A DNA stretch of 63,208 nucleotides, filler included, from Octopus bimaculoides (taxonomy: Eukaryota): the NCBI RefSeq assembly GCF_001194135.2. It is 5 parts of 4 records of this genome, joined end to end, with 100 filler letters (N's around TTAATTAATTAA, not from the genome) between each part and the next. Parts side by side here need not be neighbours in the genome. Positions count along the whole stretch, not along the records: positions 46,595 to 63,208 come from NC_068981.1; 4 more parts are not named here. One strand, written 5' to 3'. The notes under the pieces were generated by a model. That model was given only the letters and a program-made list of their open reading frames with translations. It had not been told where the DNA came from and did no database searches. Shown one piece after another: positions 62,140 to 63,208 of this stretch; positions within the stretch are counted from its first letter, which is position 1; every line of letters begins with the position of its first letter. The position numbers were made by a program, and so were the translations under genes.

Positions 62140-62772
62140 AAAGTCACAAATAACGAAAAATGGGTTCTCTGTGATCATATTCAACGAAAACTACAATAGT
62201 CAGTATCCATTGATAAAAGAGTTACCCATCTCCAAACTAGGGCTACATTCACCAAAACGATAAGTTTTATTTGGTGGGATATAAAGTGAGCCATTTATTA
62301 TGAAGTGCTAAAACAAAACGAGAGATTACTGCCAAGTATTGGCAATTGGAAATATTACAAACAAATATGTTGAAAAATCGTCCATCGTTGGTCACTCGTA
62401 AAGGGGTGTTGTTGCTCAAGACTGCACGTTCCCCAAATAACTCAGAGAAAGATTACGACACTTAATACGGAAGATGTGCTTCAGCTTCTTTATTCGCCAG
62501 ACTTTGCTCCATCTGGTTGCCATCTTTTCAAATCATTGCAACAGGATTAAGAGGGGAAGCTGTTGATTAATCGTGAACAAACTGAAAATGATATTGAATG
62601 TTCGCGTTGAAACCTGAAGAATTCTACGCCCGAGAATCAGAAATTTGCGAAATATACGGGATTATGTTATCAATAATGAAGAGAAATATTATTTTGTATA
62701 TCCATTAAGACCAAGGAAGCTTTTGTTTCTTTGCCATCTTGAAATACGATTAGGCTTTTTAACTAATCCAAT
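62140..62772 (+). mobile_element. old mariner 3' fragment
   Basis: VTNNEKWVL, LHSPK..WWD and YSPDFAPSGCHLFKSLQ. TIR-like end ttaggctttttaactaatccaata followed by TA. Confidence 0.75.
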
Positions 62773-62923
62773 ATAAATATATTTAGCTATGTGCATGTGT
62801 GGGTATGTGTTTGAGTGTGTGAATGATTGAATGTATGTATGTATGTATGTATGTATGTATAAGCTTATATATATGTATATATACACATATACACGATATG
62901 TTGTTGTTGTTGTTATTATTATT

Positions 62924-63008
62924 CAGATTACTGCCTGGAATCGAACTCGGAATCTTGGGGTTAGTAGCCCGCGCTCTTAACCACTACACCATATGCCCAC
63001 GGGCATAT
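62924..63008 (-). mobile_element. tRNA-like Pol III head of the hammerhead unit (inverted relative to the ribozyme)
   Basis: Nearly identical to 25473-25555; ends in the palindrome atatgccc-ac-gggcatat (62991-63008). Confidence 0.85.
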
Positions 63009-63040
63009 AATAATAATAATGACAACAACAACAACAACAT

Positions 63041-63180
63041 CATCGAAAAATACCTTAGGAATGAGAACACAGTTTCGAAATTTCCCCAAGACACCTGATG
63101 AAGTTTGGAGGGTATATCAGCCGAAACGTTGTGTTAACAACAAACAAGATGAGCACAAATATCCGTCAAATGTAAATAAT
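63041..63180 (+). ncRNA. hammerhead-ribozyme-bearing repeat unit, copy 3 (intact core)
   Basis: acac-CTGATGA-agtttg(gagggtatat)cagcc-GAAA-cgt-t-gtgt at 63091-63134. Stem II has mismatches and stem III is a minimal palindrome. Confidence 0.75.
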
Positions 63181-63208
63181 ATACATACATACATACATAC
63201 ATACATAT

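Overview
This is AT-rich, gap-riddled animal DNA with dense microsatellites and no host gene that I can identify with confidence. The SINE and microsatellite content suggests a coleoid cephalopod such as Octopus (inference from family resemblance, not a database hit). Nearly all recognisable coding sequence is decayed transposable element. It includes 4-5 mariner (DD34D) pieces, one of them full length with TIRs, and a Tc1 (DD34E). It also includes Neptune- and Poseidon-type Penelope-like elements (PLEs), an RTE LINE, Tx1/L1 fragments, a Gmr1-like gypsy fragment (integrase upstream of RT), several R4/Dong-clade RLE retrotransposons and about 25 tRNA-derived SINE copies from several families. 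The most notable observations are: (1) an R4-clade family whose junctions repeatedly sit in (CATA)n microsatellites, next to a Dong-like family stacked in (TAA)n; (2) a repeated unit joining a tRNA-like Pol III promoter to a minimal hammerhead ribozyme, attached to a PLE, with one copy inverted at a palindrome; (3) a 129-bp-arm fold-back hairpin with a template-switch signature; (4) a Tx1-like ORF1 starting right after a SINE A-box. Coordinates were counted by eye and element ends may be off by several bases.
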